NCBI GenBank assembly: GCA_951406725.2
Contig: OX597821.1
Location: forward strand, 22,940,001-23,004,000
Direction of reading: 5' to 3'
Length of the DNA: 64,000 nt
DNA from: Octopus vulgaris
Taxonomy: Eukaryota
Position 1 is the first letter of the stretch; every line of letters begins with the position of its first letter. Of the stretch, positions 40,316 through 55,443 are shown piece by piece. The notes under the pieces are model-generated. The model was not told the origin of the DNA. It worked only from the letters and a program-made list of their open reading frames with translations, and did no database searches. The translations under genes and the position numbers were made by a program.

Positions 40316-40540
40316 TTTCTTTATTGCCCACAAGGGGCTAAACATAGAGGGGGACAAACAAAGACAGACCAAGGGATTAAGTCAACTACATCGACCCCAA
40401 TGCGCAACTGGTACTTTATTTATCGACCCCGAAAGGATGAAAAGCAAAGTCGGCCTCGGCGGAATTTGAACTCAGAACGTAGCGACAGACGAAATACTGC
40501 TGAGCATTTCGCCCGGCGTGCTAACGTTTCTGCCAGCTCG
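40316..40540 (-). mobile_element. SINE family B
   Basis: Reverse complement of the family consensus. Confidence 0.85.
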
Positions 40541-41105
40541 AACCATAACAGGAGAACGAGAAACAAGGGGGCTTCTACAAGGTCCTTCCACTTGCTAGAA
40601 AAAGCAGCCTAATCTCACTCCAATCACACTTTACCGTTTTAAATGAGGGCTCGTTGAAAAATGCATCCCCTAGACTATTAAGAGACGGAATGGTCACAGT
40701 TAGAAAGCTTTTAATAGATCTGTTTGATTAGGCTAGGGCTTAACACCAACTTAGCCAGGGAAGTTTTACAGACTGGGAAATAGAAACGAAAATAGAAGAG
40801 AAACTGTGTGCGTACGCGCGCGTGTGTGTGACAGAGATAGAGAAAGAGAAAGAGAAGACAGTATGAGGGTGGGAAACAGAGAGTGAGAGAAAGAGAAATA
40901 CAGCGTGTGTGTGAAAGAGAGAGAAAGGGAAAAAGAAAGACAAAGAAAAGGAGAAAGGAAATAGTGTGAGTGAGAGAGAGAAAGAAAAGGAGGAGGTAAA
41001 TTGAGTGCATATGTGAGAGAAAGGAGAGAATAATTGATAAGGAAATAAGAGTGTGTGAGACAAAGAGTGAACAATGTAGAGAGAAAGAGAGAGACAGAGA
41101 GAGAC

Positions 41106-41137
<32 letters not shown>

Positions 41138-41225
41138 GGAAAGAGAGACAGTATTAGTGAGAGAGAAAATACAAGAGAATGTGAGAGAGAGGGAGACAAT
41201 GAAACAGAGAAAGTGTGTGAGATAC

Positions 41226-41322
<97 letters not shown>

Positions 41323-41842
41323 CACACGCACAAAAAGATAACGGAGAGAGTGAGAGCAAGATAGAGAGAGAGAGAAAAACAGAGAGACAAGAGAAGTAGA
41401 GAGAGGAAGAGAGAAAAAGAGAAAGAGTATGAGAGTGATGGTGCAGTAAACTCCCGCCATTTCTACAAGACTGTTGGTCGCCACCGTATCATCAACCGTC
41501 TGATTAACTCCTATATATAGAAGTAATAACAATTGACAAATAAGGAAGTACCGAGGTGGTCGCTGGAATTGCTAGAAATAACCAAATCCCTACCAAATAA
41601 AACCAATAAAAACAAGAAAGAAAATCACTTTGGATTATGCAATTCCGGATTATTTATACATTTTATTTCTGCTGGAAAAGATGGACTAGTCACGACTGGA
41701 ACGCTTTTGGTAACCACTCAGCTCGTTCTTGGCTGTTATGGGGGTGAAGTTTGTTACTACGATGAAAACTTGATACCTACAATTAGTATACACACACGCA
41801 CACACACATACACACACACATATATATATATATGCGCGCGTG

Positions 41843-41913
<71 letters not shown>

Positions 41914-42036
41914 GTACATGTATACGTGTCTATAAATATACACAAACACGCAACAAATATTCAGGCATATATATATATATTTTTATATACATATATATAT
42001 ATACTTTATTTAAAGCAGCAGAAAATTCAACAAAAT

Positions 42037-42074
42037 CTGTTACTCTGAGTTTCTCGTTGCCGTTCATCAGACAG
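42037..42074 (-). ncRNA. Minimal type I hammerhead motif
   Basis: ctgt-CTGATGA-acggcaacga-GAAA-ctcagag-TA-acag, followed by AATAAA ~25 nt downstream. Confidence 0.7.
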
Positions 42075-42078
42075 TTTA

Positions 42079-42142
<64 letters not shown>

Positions 42143-42436
42143 CGAATATATGTTGCGTGTTTGTGTGTATGTATATATGTATATATTGTTCAAATTCATG
42201 GAAAAAGAGAAGACGAAGACAGGTATAGGAAGAACGAGTAAGTGTATTAGTGTGTGTGTGTGTGAGAGAGAGATAGTAGTATGTATCTGTATGTATGTGT
42301 GTACATTTATATATATATATATATGTATATATAGATATATATATATGCGTAGGAATAAATGTGTACGTGTATGAAGACGTACATTTATAGGCGTGTGTGT
42401 ATATGTGTGTCTGTATAGAAGTCTGTGTTTTTATGT

Positions 42437-42526
<90 letters not shown>

Positions 42527-43583
42527 CTCATTACATATATACATACATACATATATACATAATGCAGGCGGAATTCGCTAAAAACAACACGGGTTGTATA
42601 TGTACCGCGAGAGAGAGAGAGACAGAAAGAAAGGAATAGAGTGAGAGAGAGAGAGAAAGAAAGAAAGAGAGTGAGAGAGAGAAAGAGAGAGAAGCGCATG
42701 TAAAACCTAAACAACATTACAACAACATATACAATAAAAATTATATTATAAAAATTTCACTAACCTGTTGCGAACCTCTCTCGTAGTGTTGCTATCCATG
42801 TTCTCTGCTCTTCTGAAGAACTACCGTCCCACAATAAACTTGGTCAACAAACTGACATCAGTAAGTGTCTGCACGTGTATGCGTGTGTGTGTGTGTGCGT
42901 GCGTGTGTGTGTGTGTGTGTGTACATGCGTGTGTTTGTGTGCGTACGCGCATATGTTAGTATGCGTGTTGTACGCTATAGATGTATGTAGGAGAAATGCT
43001 TAACTTTGTGTCTGTGTGATTGCGTGTGTGAGCGTGTGTGTGTGTGTGTGTGTCTGACAATAGTGATGTGTATGTATGAATGTGCTTAGCGTGTATATCT
43101 GGATGTGTCTATGTGCGTATGTCATTGTGTGGGTCAGTGTGTGTGTGTGTGGTGTATGGAGAAATGATTAACTCCCACTATTTGTGTCACTATATGTGAC
43201 TATTCAGTTATGTGTGTTAATGTGAATGTGTATGTATGCGAATGTGATTGCTGTATCTAATTGCGCGCGTGTGTGTGTATATGTGGACGTGATTGGCCTG
43301 TATATGTGAGTTTAATTGTGTGTGTGTGTATGTACGAGTACGTGATTGATTGTAGTGCAAGTGGTTGTGTGCGTCAATTGCTGGTTTTAGTTTGTTTTTT
43401 TTTTGTTACGTGGCTCAGTCATTAAGCTGCGGCTAGGCTGGAGTACCGACTTCAATGGTATAATAGTGTATTTCATCAATCCTAATCGCTAAGTTACGGG
43501 GCACATAAACACACCAGCGGTCAGTTGTCAAGCGATGATGAAAGGAGAAACACAGATACATACATATAAATACACACACAGAG

Positions 43584-43634
<51 letters not shown>

Positions 43635-43651
43635 TACACACACACATATAT

Positions 43652-44455
<804 letters not shown>

Positions 44456-44845
44456 ATATATATATACAACGGGCTTCTTTCAGTTTCCGTCTACCAAATC
44501 CACTCAGAAGGCTTTGGTCAGCCCGAGATTGTAATAGAAGACACTTACTCAAGGTGCCACGCAATGGGACTGAACCCGGAACCATGTGGTTGGGAAACCA
44601 GCTTTTTACCACACAGTCATGCCTGCACTTCATTATTATTAACCCGAGGTCGACTTTGCCTTTCATCCTTTCGGGGTCGATAAATTAAGTACCAGTGAAA
44701 CACTGGGGTCGATGTAATCGACTCATCACCTCCCCCAAAATGGCTGCCCTTGTGGAAAAACTTGAAACCATTATTGTTACTAAAAAAATTATTACAAAGT
44801 CAGTTAATGAGATATTTTAACCAGATTTATTTTATTTTAATAATT

Positions 44846-45235
44846 ACTCTTTTACTCTTTTACTTGTTTCAGTCATTTGACTGCGGCCATTCTGGAGCAC
44901 CGCCTTTAGTCGAGCAAATCAACTCCGGGACTTATTCTTTGTAAGCCCAGTACTTATTCTATCAGTCTCTTTTGCCGAACCGCTAAGTGACGGGGACGTA
45001 AACACACCAGCATCGGTTGTCAAGCAATGGTAGGGGGACAAACACACATACACAAACACACACACATACACACACACATATATATACATATATACGACAG
45101 GCTTCTTTCAGTTTCCGTCTACCAAATCCACTCACAAGGCATTGGTCGGCCCGGGCTATAGCAGAAGACACTTGCCCAAGATGCCACGCAGTGGGACTGA
45201 ACCCGGAACCATGTGGTTGGTTAGCAAGCTACTTA
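44846..45235 (-). mobile_element. SINE family A
   Basis: Family consensus; extreme 5' end missing. Confidence 0.88.
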
Positions 45236-45299
45236 AAGTTTTTTATTGATATTAAATTTTTGTGTTTCAGATACTCTGTTGATGGAAGGGAACTGATTC

Positions 45300-46058
45300 A
45301 CTGAACCCCTATAAAATGAGGATGAAGCATTCCTCAAGCGAGTTTGTTTTAGTGACGAGGCGACTTTTCATGTTTCAGGGAAATTAAACAGACACAATGT
45401 AAGAATCTGGGGATTAGGATACCTCCATGTGACTAGGGAGCTTCAACGGGATAGTCCAAAAGTGAATGTGTGGTGTGGAATCATGTGCAATCGAATAATT
45501 GGTCCATTTTCCTTCAACGAGGCAACAATTACGGCAGATGTTTACCTCGAGCTTCTGACCGAATATGTGGCACCACAACTGATTGATTTACAACCAACCA
45601 TCATTTTCCAGCAGGATGGTGCGCCACCACATTGGGGACAGTATGTTCGTCAGTTCCTCAATCAAATGTTTCCAGACCGATGGATTGGAAAGGATGGGCC
45701 AATTCCATGGCCACCGCGTTCGCCATATATCACTCCCTTGGACTTCTTTTTATGGGGTTATGTAAAAGATATCGTGTGTCAAACAAAGATACGGGACATT
45801 GTTGACTCGAAGCAAAGGATTCGTAATGCCATTGTCACCGTTCATGAGGCTATCCTACAGCGAACATGGCAAGAAATCGAGTACCGTCTGGATGTGCTTC
45901 GTGCAACTAATGGTACCCATATTGAGGTCTATTAAATAACAGTTAAAAAAACTTTAATAAACAATGATTACAATAAAACAAATCTGGTTGCGATATCTTG
46001 TCAACTGCCTTTGTAATAAAATTTCAAAATTGTAAAAGGGAACTTTATGGACACCCTG
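45300..46058 (+). mobile_element. Tc1/mariner superfamily, rosa-type DD41D transposon, 5'-truncated
   Basis: FSDEATF, VNVWCG, FQQDGAPPH, WPPRSP.ITPLDFFLWGYVK; 41 residues between the last two Asp; right TIR GGACACCCTG|TA. Confidence 0.9.
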
Positions 46059-46323
46059 TATTTTTAAAAATTGTTAAAATATTTTCTGTATTGTAGAACT
46101 ATAAGTAATTCGTTGCACATAAACTTCAACAAACTCTTATATGGGAACCGTCAAGAGTCATACGAACCCCGGTTGAAAAACATTGATTTCGCCTTTAATC
46201 CGGACACATTCTGGCCAAAACATTCTGCCTGTTTTGTGTTATAACTGGCCAGATTCAGCCTGTCACACCTGCCCTGTAATACCATTCTAAACACACACAC
46301 ACACACTATATCTATTTATTTAC

Positions 46324-46400
<77 letters not shown>

Positions 46401-46629
46401 AGTCTGTCTGTCAGTCTGTCTCTCCGTTTGTTTGTCCGCCCATCGAAATATGTGTCAATCTGTTTCTATTTTTATACAACGTTAATACATACATACATAC
46501 ATACATACAAACAAATATATATATATATATATATATACACATACATACATATTTATATGCACAAACATATATGTATGTATGAATGCATGCATGTATATAT
46601 TATATATATATATATACATGAGCATGTAT

Positions 46630-47040
46630 TCTTTTACTCTTTTACTCTTTTACTTGTTTCAGTCATTTGACTGCGGCCATGCTGGAGCACCGCCTTTAAT
46701 CGAGCAAATCGACCCCGGGACTTATTCTTTGTAAGCCTAGTACTTATTCTATTAGTATCTTTTGCCGAACCGCTAAGTTACGGGGACGTAAACACACCAG
46801 CATCGGTTGTCAAGCAATGCTAGGGGGACAAACACAGACACACAAACACACACATACATATATATATACATATATACGACAGGCTTCTTTCAGTTTCCGT
46901 CTACCAAATCCACTCACACGGCATTGGTCGGCCCGGGGCTATAGTAGAAGACACTTGCCCAAAGTGCCACGCAGTGGGACTGAACCCGGAACCACGTGGT
47001 TGGTTAGCAAGCTACTTACCACACCGCCACTCCTGCTCCT
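46630..47040 (-). mobile_element. SINE family A, full length
   Basis: Family consensus. Confidence 0.9.
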
Positions 47041-47485
47041 ATGTGTGTATACAAACATAGTTGATGTTTGTTTTTATGAATAGATTTTTATAGTAAACAA
47101 ACGTTAATTGAAAGATCCGCTCAGGATATTTAAGTAGAGTGTCACGTTTGCTTTTGCAAGGAAAAAACGTTCTCATCAGTCGCTCCATGCTTTCGCCAGA
47201 CAGACACAATGACGAAATCAACGATTGGCGAAACTTTTAAGTCAATATCAACATTTACCCCTTGTAAATCGCGCGCGCGCGCGCGTGTGTGTGTAATTAA
47301 GCGGTGTTATTTCGATTGAGTCTGCGGAATAATTAACCAATGTTGAAAGGCTTAGAACTCCATGCGAATCTTTTCATTATTCAAATTTCATTCGTGTATT
47401 AAACGTTATTCATGCTGTTGTAATATGACCACTTAAACACTTAAACGAATTCTACTATGTTATTCTAGTCTTGGATATTCATGCA

Positions 47486-47549
<64 letters not shown>

Positions 47550-47743
47550 AGCATTTTCGAAATTATACGAAAATCAAGAGAGAGACGGGTGAGCGAACAA
47601 CAAACTGAATGTATTTGTTTGACACTTGGGACAAATTGAAGAAGTCTTTGACGATTCGAGCCTATGCTCTTCTACAGGAAGAAATGGAGAGAAAAAAACA
47701 GATGGAGAGAGGTATAAAAATGGAGAGAAAAAACGTGTATATA

Positions 47744-48330
<587 letters not shown>

Positions 48331-48369
48331 TGGCACTATCCTGTTTTAAAATATATTTTATAGATGAAA

Positions 48370-48777
48370 GAGTATTGTTTGTCAAACGGTTTCGCTTTCG
48401 CTATTCATGACATTGAAATTATTGTACTTTCGTAGTTTCTTGAGAAGATTTTAGTCCATGTTTTATATGGATGTTTGTGAATGAATCAACCATTAGAAAA
48501 ATCTAGTGGAAGGTAATTGGTGATCGTTATTATTCCGGATAGGGGAGGTAATTGCTCATTTTAGGGTGAGGGGATAAATAAGTATAAAAAAATTCAAAAG
48601 GCAAAGTAGTGAGTTAAAATATTTACAGTGAGGAGTATGTGAATACGAATTAAAATATATACTGAGACCAATCACATACACAACATGAACTAAAATCTTC
48701 TTAAGGAAATACGAAATTACAATAATATCGATGTCAATATTAGCAAAAAAGAAACCGGTCGACAAACACATAACTCT
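48370..48777. mobile_element. Old MITE with ~100-bp TIRs and GAG..CTC termini
   Basis: 48370-48465 aligns with the reverse complement of 48680-48777. Confidence 0.6.
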
Positions 48778-49050
48778 TTTATTTTATATATATTTTTTTC
48801 CCATTACAACTCACCACGTGTGGATAACTGAAATCCTCTTCCTTCATTTTTCCTACTACACACACACACATATATATATCCTTTATGAGATTAATTCCGA
48901 AATTGATTTAATATAGAGATAACGAAATTTAATTATTCTAACGGTTAGTTTTGCCCGACTTCAGTTAAATTTTACTGTAGCAAGTGGATTATATGTGGAA
49001 AATCAGTATATTGGCTTTGGAATAATCTTCTTTAGCCCTTGCTTATAAGT

Positions 49051-49117
<67 letters not shown>

Positions 49118-49120
<3 letters not shown>

Positions 49121-49580
49121 ACACCACAAATAGACGTAGAACTCAACGAGAAACGAAAACGTAAAAACAAACGTGGAAACGGACCTAGACGAAAAAAACA
49201 GAGTACAAGACAAACTACACAAGGAAAAATCCCCTTCATCAGCTGTCCCTATGTTCAATTCCAGTGTGTTTCGAAGGTGAGGACAGAACACGACTCGTGG
49301 AACTAGTCCTTCCTGAGAAGGAATTAAATAAAATTACTTCCTTGTTTTTACCCCTCTGCGAAGTAATTTTATTTAATTCCTTCGCAGGAAAGACTAGTTC
49401 CACGAGTCGCGTTCTGTCCAACCTTCGAAACACGCTGGAGTTGAACTAGGGACAGCTGATGAAGGGGATTTTTCGTTGTGTAGTTTGTCTTGTACTCTGT
49501 TTTTTTCGTTTAGGTCCGTTTCCACGTTTGTTTTTACGTTTTCGTTTCTCGTTGAGTTCTACGTCTATTTGTGGTGTCCT
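49118..49580. repeat. Near-perfect 463-bp palindrome (Penelope pseudo-LTR-like)
   Basis: Arms 49118-49340 and 49360-49580, 19-nt loop, embedded in (TA)n. Confidence 0.9.
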
Positions 49581-49754
49581 GTACTCACGTATATATATTT
49601 ATATATGCATGTATATATACATGTAGATGTAGGTACGTAAATATATGTATGTATGTATGCATATATTTTATTTATTACACTATTGTATGACTGAGCGCCC
49701 TCGCGTCGATTCGATTCGATTTCGTTTCGTTTCATCTCCTCCAAGTAAGTTTTG

Positions 49755-49801
<47 letters not shown>

Positions 49802-50227
49802 CATACATACATATGTATGTATGTGTGTATGCATGTATGTATGTATGTATGTATGTATGTACGTATGTATGTATGTGTATATATGCATGTAAGTGTAATT
49901 TGTTTTGCACATAAAATTGTGAAGTGCTACACTCACGTCTCCGCGCGCGCGCACAGACACGCGCACACAGAAACACACACACACATACACACACTCAGAT
50001 TCTCACTGTTACACTCATACATGCACACACATCTCAAGTGGGTATCGCACTATCATAATTGGTTGTACACATAGAAGCATTTATGTGCGTATGCGTATGT
50101 GTATGAGCGTCTGTGTGTGTGTGTTTGTTTATTAGTGTGGAAGCGTGGGTGGCTGTATGTAAGTACGTTGTGCTTATAGCTTCGAATGTGAGGCTGTATG
50201 TAAGTATGTGTGTGTGTGCATTCTTTC

Positions 50228-50431
50228 TTTTTTATTCTTTTACTTGTTTCAGTCATTTGACTGCGGCCATGCTGGAGCACCGCCTTTAGTCGAGCAAATC
50301 GACCCCGGGACTTATTCTTTGTAAGCCCGGTACTTATTCTATCGGTCTCTTTTGCCGAACCGCTAAGTAGCGGGGACGTAAACACACCAGCATCGGTTGT
50401 CAAGCAATGCTAGGGGGACAAACACAGACAT

Positions 50432-50466
<35 letters not shown>

Positions 50467-50642
50467 TATATATACATATATACGACAGGCTTCTTTCAGT
50501 TTCCGTCTACCAAATCCACTCACAAGGCTTTGGTCGGCCCGGAGCTATAGTAGAAGACACTTGCCCAAGGTGCCACGCAGTGGGACTGAACCCAGAACCA
50601 TGTAGTTGGTTAGCAAGCTACTTACCATACAACCACTCCTGT
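50228..50642 (-). mobile_element. SINE family A, full length
   Basis: Family consensus. Confidence 0.9.
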
Positions 50643-51149
50643 GAATGTGTGAATGAGTGTGAATGTGTGTTTGTGTGGTGTGAATGAGCGTGGTAATATG
50701 GGTGCGCGTGGGGTTGAGGACTGCGTCAACTTAAGAGTAGCAGATGCAAATTAAGGTGTGAATCATCATTTTTGTCAACGTTATCATCATCATCATCATC
50801 TTCATCATCATCATCACCACCTTTGCTACCAACATCACTACTATCATCACCGGTACCGTATCACCACCACCACCACCACCACCACCACAAACACTATCAT
50901 CATCACCACCATCATCATCATTAACGTGCAAGTGGCTGAGTACTCCGCAGACACGCGTACCCTTGGTGTAGTTCAGCAGGACAGAAAATATGACTCATTT
51001 TTACCCGTCGATTGGACCAGAGCAACGTGAAATAAAGTGTCTTGCTCAATGACACAACTCCCCACCAGGAATCGAACTCACGACCTTACGATAATGAGCC
51101 CTGGCCCTAACCACGACGCCACGCGCCTTCACATTCTCTAATCTGCTTA

Positions 51150-51365
51150 AAGTCATCATTTCATCATTGTTCGACCGTGGTCGAGACAATGGAATTTACC
51201 ATGCTACGCCAGACTTCACGGTCCATCATGGCATTACGGAGGTCCTGTTGCTGGATGATTACATCAGGGTAGGAGAGTGTGCGCCCTCTGGTATTGCGAG
51301 TAGATGGCTTCCAGAGGAGAAGAGTAGAAATTACCTCTTTTTCAGCTCTACAACAATGTCCAGCT
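51150..51365 (-). mobile_element. 3' end of a second RTE-type LINE family
   Basis: Minus-strand AGHCCRAEKEVIST..LWKPSTRNTRGRTLSYPDVI..DLRNAMMDREVWRSMV. Confidence 0.6.
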
Positions 51366-51884
51366 TAAAGTAGCTGCATTCACTTTGAAATCATTCCCAC
51401 CGCAATCATTTCCACCGTTTGACAAATTGACAGACGGAAAGCTGATGTGAAACTTAATCCAGTAAGGTTAAATGAATGAAATGCTTGAGTAACACGATAT
51501 GGTTGCTTTTAAAGTATGTTTGTGAAATATAAACTTTGGCCTTGTGGCGCATAGTCCTCTAGTCAGGGTGTTGCACTCACGATCGCGAGAGCCTATGTTC
51601 GATATCTGGGCTGGACGATACGTTGTCTTTGAGCAAAACGCTTCACCTCACGTTGCTCTCTAAACATTTCGACATTTGATGTATGACCCACTGAACAACT
51701 GTTCAGTCAATGTCGATTTGATGGAGGTGGTGGGGTTAGTGTGTAGTCCATACATTTGATCACTATAAACAAATCATCTGTGTGGGTTACTCAGCAATAG
51801 AATACGAGCAATCTTCTTTGTACTACAACTACAGCTGCTACTGCTGATGATGATGAAGATGCTGTGATTGTTGTCTTCATCATA

Positions 51885-52378
51885 AGTCTTGTATGCGTTC
51901 AGGGTCAAAGCAGTTCAAAACATGCTCCAATTCATCTCTGAGAACATTTAAGTTAGCCATGGGAAAGAACACTCGTGGACTTTGCTGGTCCATTTATGGG
52001 ACATATGTTCTTAATTATTGTTGTAGCGTATTCAAAACGGATGGAAAGTCTGTACCATGAATTCGGTGTCTGACAGTCATAGCGGGGGAAATTGAGAGGA
52101 ATCCCCGCTACTCATGGTCTGCCTGTGATATTAGTTAGTGATAATGGACCGTGTTTCTTCAACAAAGAGTTTGAATCGTTTATAGACTCGAGGATATATT
52201 CATTGCTCCGTATCACATATCCTCCAACGGCCGAGCGGAGCGCACTATTCGCACATACAAAGAAGCAATAAAAATGAGAGCGGGTGGGAAAACAACAGTC
52301 TCAGAACTAAAGTCTACAGGGTCTTGTTCTCATTCATAATTCCTTCCCACTCAACGACTGGAGCTTCTCCAGCTGAAG
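51885..52378 (+). pseudogene. Ty3/Gypsy integrase core relic
   Basis: PWERTLVDFAGPFMGHMFLIIV.AYSK, THGLPVILVSDNGPCF..KEF, APYHISSNGRAERTIRTYK, with frameshifts. Confidence 0.85.
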
Positions 52379-52872
52379 ATAGAAAGATAGATAGATAATA
52401 TGTGAGTTCCTGTTTGTGAATGTGTGCGTATGTATGCATTATATGCATATAAGAGTGTGTATATGTATGTAATGGCCGAGGTGCTTGTTCTACGTCGGGT
52501 CACCAATTTGTAACGATCGTGTGATGTGAGATGACGAGAATGGCTCTTTAGTGCATCGCACGGCCTATTCAATAGATGGAATTGGATAGAACAGATAAGT
52601 GCCAGATGGAAAAGGAAACATAGAATAATAGACAGTCTGTCGTGAGATCAAAATGCAGGTGTACGTAAGCATAGATGTATGCACGCGTGAAGAACATTTA
52701 AGGATGGCAATGAAGGGGACAGTGAAAGGGTATATAGCCATCGAAATGAGAAGTAAGTTCATAGACACAAGTAAGATGAATAATACCAGTTTGTAGTCAA
52801 TCGTACGTGGTAGTTGAAATACCGTGTCAAGAAGTTGCTGCCATGATACTAAGACAGTTACAGGTACTTTTC

Positions 52873-53103
52873 GGCGGCGAGCTGGCAGAAACGTTAGCAC
52901 GCTGGGCGAAATGCTGAGCGCTATTTCGTCTGCCGTTACGTTCTGAGTTCAAATTCCGCCGAGGTCGACTTTGCCTTTCATCCTTTCGGGGTCGGTAAAT
53001 TAAGTATCAGTTACGCACTGGGGTCGATATAATCGACTTAATCCGTCTGTCTGTCCTTGTTTGTCCCCTCTGTGTTTAGCCCCTTGTGGGCAGTAAAGAA
53101 ACA
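52873..53103 (+). mobile_element. SINE family B, young copy with TSD
   Basis: 12-bp TSD AGTTACAGGTAC at 52856-52867 and 53104-53115. Confidence 0.9.
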
Positions 53104-53866
53104 AGTTACAGGTACGTATCGTTCGCGAAGTCGTGGCTGTGATGCTGCAGCCAAGGTTTCTTGTACAGGAGCTCATGCTGGTCGTATGTTCACTGTTGAT
53201 CCGTGGTGAAATAATTCATGAACAGTGAGCTGTTGAAACCTGGGTGAATTGCTTGCTGAACTGTGTACGAAGAGAGATGATGCTGACGACGTTAAGGACG
53301 TGATGACAGCGGCGAAAACGGAGGTTGTAATAATGCTGTTGCATGAAGTTGGTAAGTCTCAACACTTGGTAGAGATTTTGTCTGGTGTTGTCGCTTGAAC
53401 TGTCTGTGTTTTTGTGTTCAGTAGCTTGACATTTAAAGGTCTGGAACCAAAGACTTTGGAAGGAGGAAAAGCTAAGTTTTTATAAAGAACTGTAGGCTCA
53501 AAATAGGGTAGGGAACAGGTTGTTCCAAGTGATTCTAGTTAGGGATCCCAACTGTTTATGCACGGCAAGTTGGCACGACAGAGTAAGAGACAAATTGCGC
53601 CAATACCAACCAATCAGAGCAGTGGAAGTAACAGGATCCAAACAGCGGCCAAAGGCTAGCTGTTCCCTGCTACGTTCGAATGCACGTATATATGATAAAT
53701 GGGAGAGGGGAATTTCACCCAAGTCTACGCTACATGTATATATGTATATATGTGTGTATATATGTATGTATGCACGTATTTATTCTTTGTCTACGTCCAT
53801 GTAAGACAGAGTCATTATTGGTGAGTTGATTGCTGATGTAAGAGAGAAAAGTGAAAGAGACACACA

Positions 53867-54283
53867 GAGGAGTGGCTGTGTGGTAAGTAGCTTGCTAACC
53901 AGCCACATGGTTCCGGGTTCAGTCCTACTGCGTAGCATCTTGGGCAAGTGTCTTCTGCTATAGCCCCGGGCCGACCAATGCCTTGTGAGTGGATTTGGTA
54001 GACGGAAACTGAAAAAGAAGCCTGTCGTATGTATGTATGTATGTATGTATGTATATATATATGTGTGTGTGTGTTTGTGTGTCTGTGTTTGTCCCCCTAG
54101 CATTGCTAAAAAACCGATGTTGGTGTGTTTACGTCTCCGTAACTTAGCGGTTCGGCAAAAGAGACCAATAGAATAAGTACTGGGCTTACAAAGAATAAGT
54201 CCCGGGGTCGATTTGCTCGACTAAAGGCGGTGCTCCAGCATGGCCGCAGTCAAATGACTGAAACAAGTAAAAGAGTAAAGAGT
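53867..54283 (+). mobile_element. SINE family A
   Basis: Family consensus. Confidence 0.9.
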
Positions 54284-55443
54284 ATAGACAGAGAAGCAGG
54301 TTGACAGGGCGTGGGAAACAATTTTTAAAAAATGCAGCCGGAACGGTGGAACAGAAAAAAAGTAGAATGTAACAACAACAATAACAATCAGCGACGGTAA
54401 AATGCCCCCCCCTCCCGCAGACAATAAATACAAGGAAGTCTTCAATTGCTTCTACTTTCGTTTTCAGTTTTGCCACGGACTGTAATACCAAACGAATGAT
54501 TAAAAAATGAAGGTTTTGTAAAAATAGCAGCAACAGATGTAGACAATGCAGCTATGTAAATACGTTGTTAGGTTCATCTTACGTAACTGGACGCAGACAC
54601 GCTGAATTTAATATTGTTTATGTAAGTGTAAGGTAGTGAGTACATTGATGCAGGGGTTTTGGATTTGTGCCTATCGTTTTGCGTTTCATCCTGGCAATTT
54701 TATGAAATCTTCATCAGTTTATCTTCTCACCAAGTTGTAATTAAAAGATATTTTTATCCTTTATTTCTCGATGTTTTCGTTTACACGCACGCACGCACGC
54801 ACACACACACACACACACACACATTTGAAATTATACACCTTTGGAATTATACACCTGAAGTGATTAAATACCGGATCCTCAACCAAGAATTGAAACCTCA
54901 GCCTGAATGTTTCTTCAAGCTTCTTTCCATTGTTCTTTGGATTTGCACTTAGAAATTTACGAGAGTCAATTGTTAACTTCCTGACCATCTTAGGTCAAGT
55001 TCAGTTCAACCTAGATACTCCACGAAATATTCTTATTGCTTTGACCCAGTTTAGTTATGAAATTGTTTCTAAATAGGAAATACTAAATAGAATTCTTCCC
55101 GTCTTTTACTTGGCACTTATCGCAGATGTAACATGCCTCCCTTTTATCCTCAGCGCTGTCTAGAGTTGAATCTCCTCGTCTTTACTCGGTGGTTTTCACC
55201 GAGTAACACGCCTTTATTACCTCCTCTACTCGGTTAACTGCAATTGAAGAATTAGAATTTTCTGTTATATTTTCTCTAATGAACTGGAATACCTATGATT
55301 CGAATTTCATCAAAATTGCAGATGAGGGTTCGTTCCCTCATTACACACCCTAAAAATTTTTAATCATGACACATGTATCTCATACTACTGATTTTTATGG
55401 ACAGATTACAAAATTCCAGTCTTATGGAACCTGTTAAAAGGAT

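Noticed and set aside
45429-45935. 168-aa ORF as a host gene
   Set aside because: It is the catalytic half of a DD41D transposase with an upstream stop and no N-terminus.
47170-47200. CTGATGA and GAAA on the minus strand
   Set aside because: Only 11 nt apart in the wrong order; no stems can be built.
52509-52862. LTR-like segment (TGTAAC...GTTACA, internal TATA) after the Gypsy integrase relic
   Set aside because: No second LTR, TSD, PBS or polypurine tract found; possible but unsupported.
54670-54725. CTGATGA...GAAAC on the minus strand
   Set aside because: Stem I does not pair and stem II is weak.
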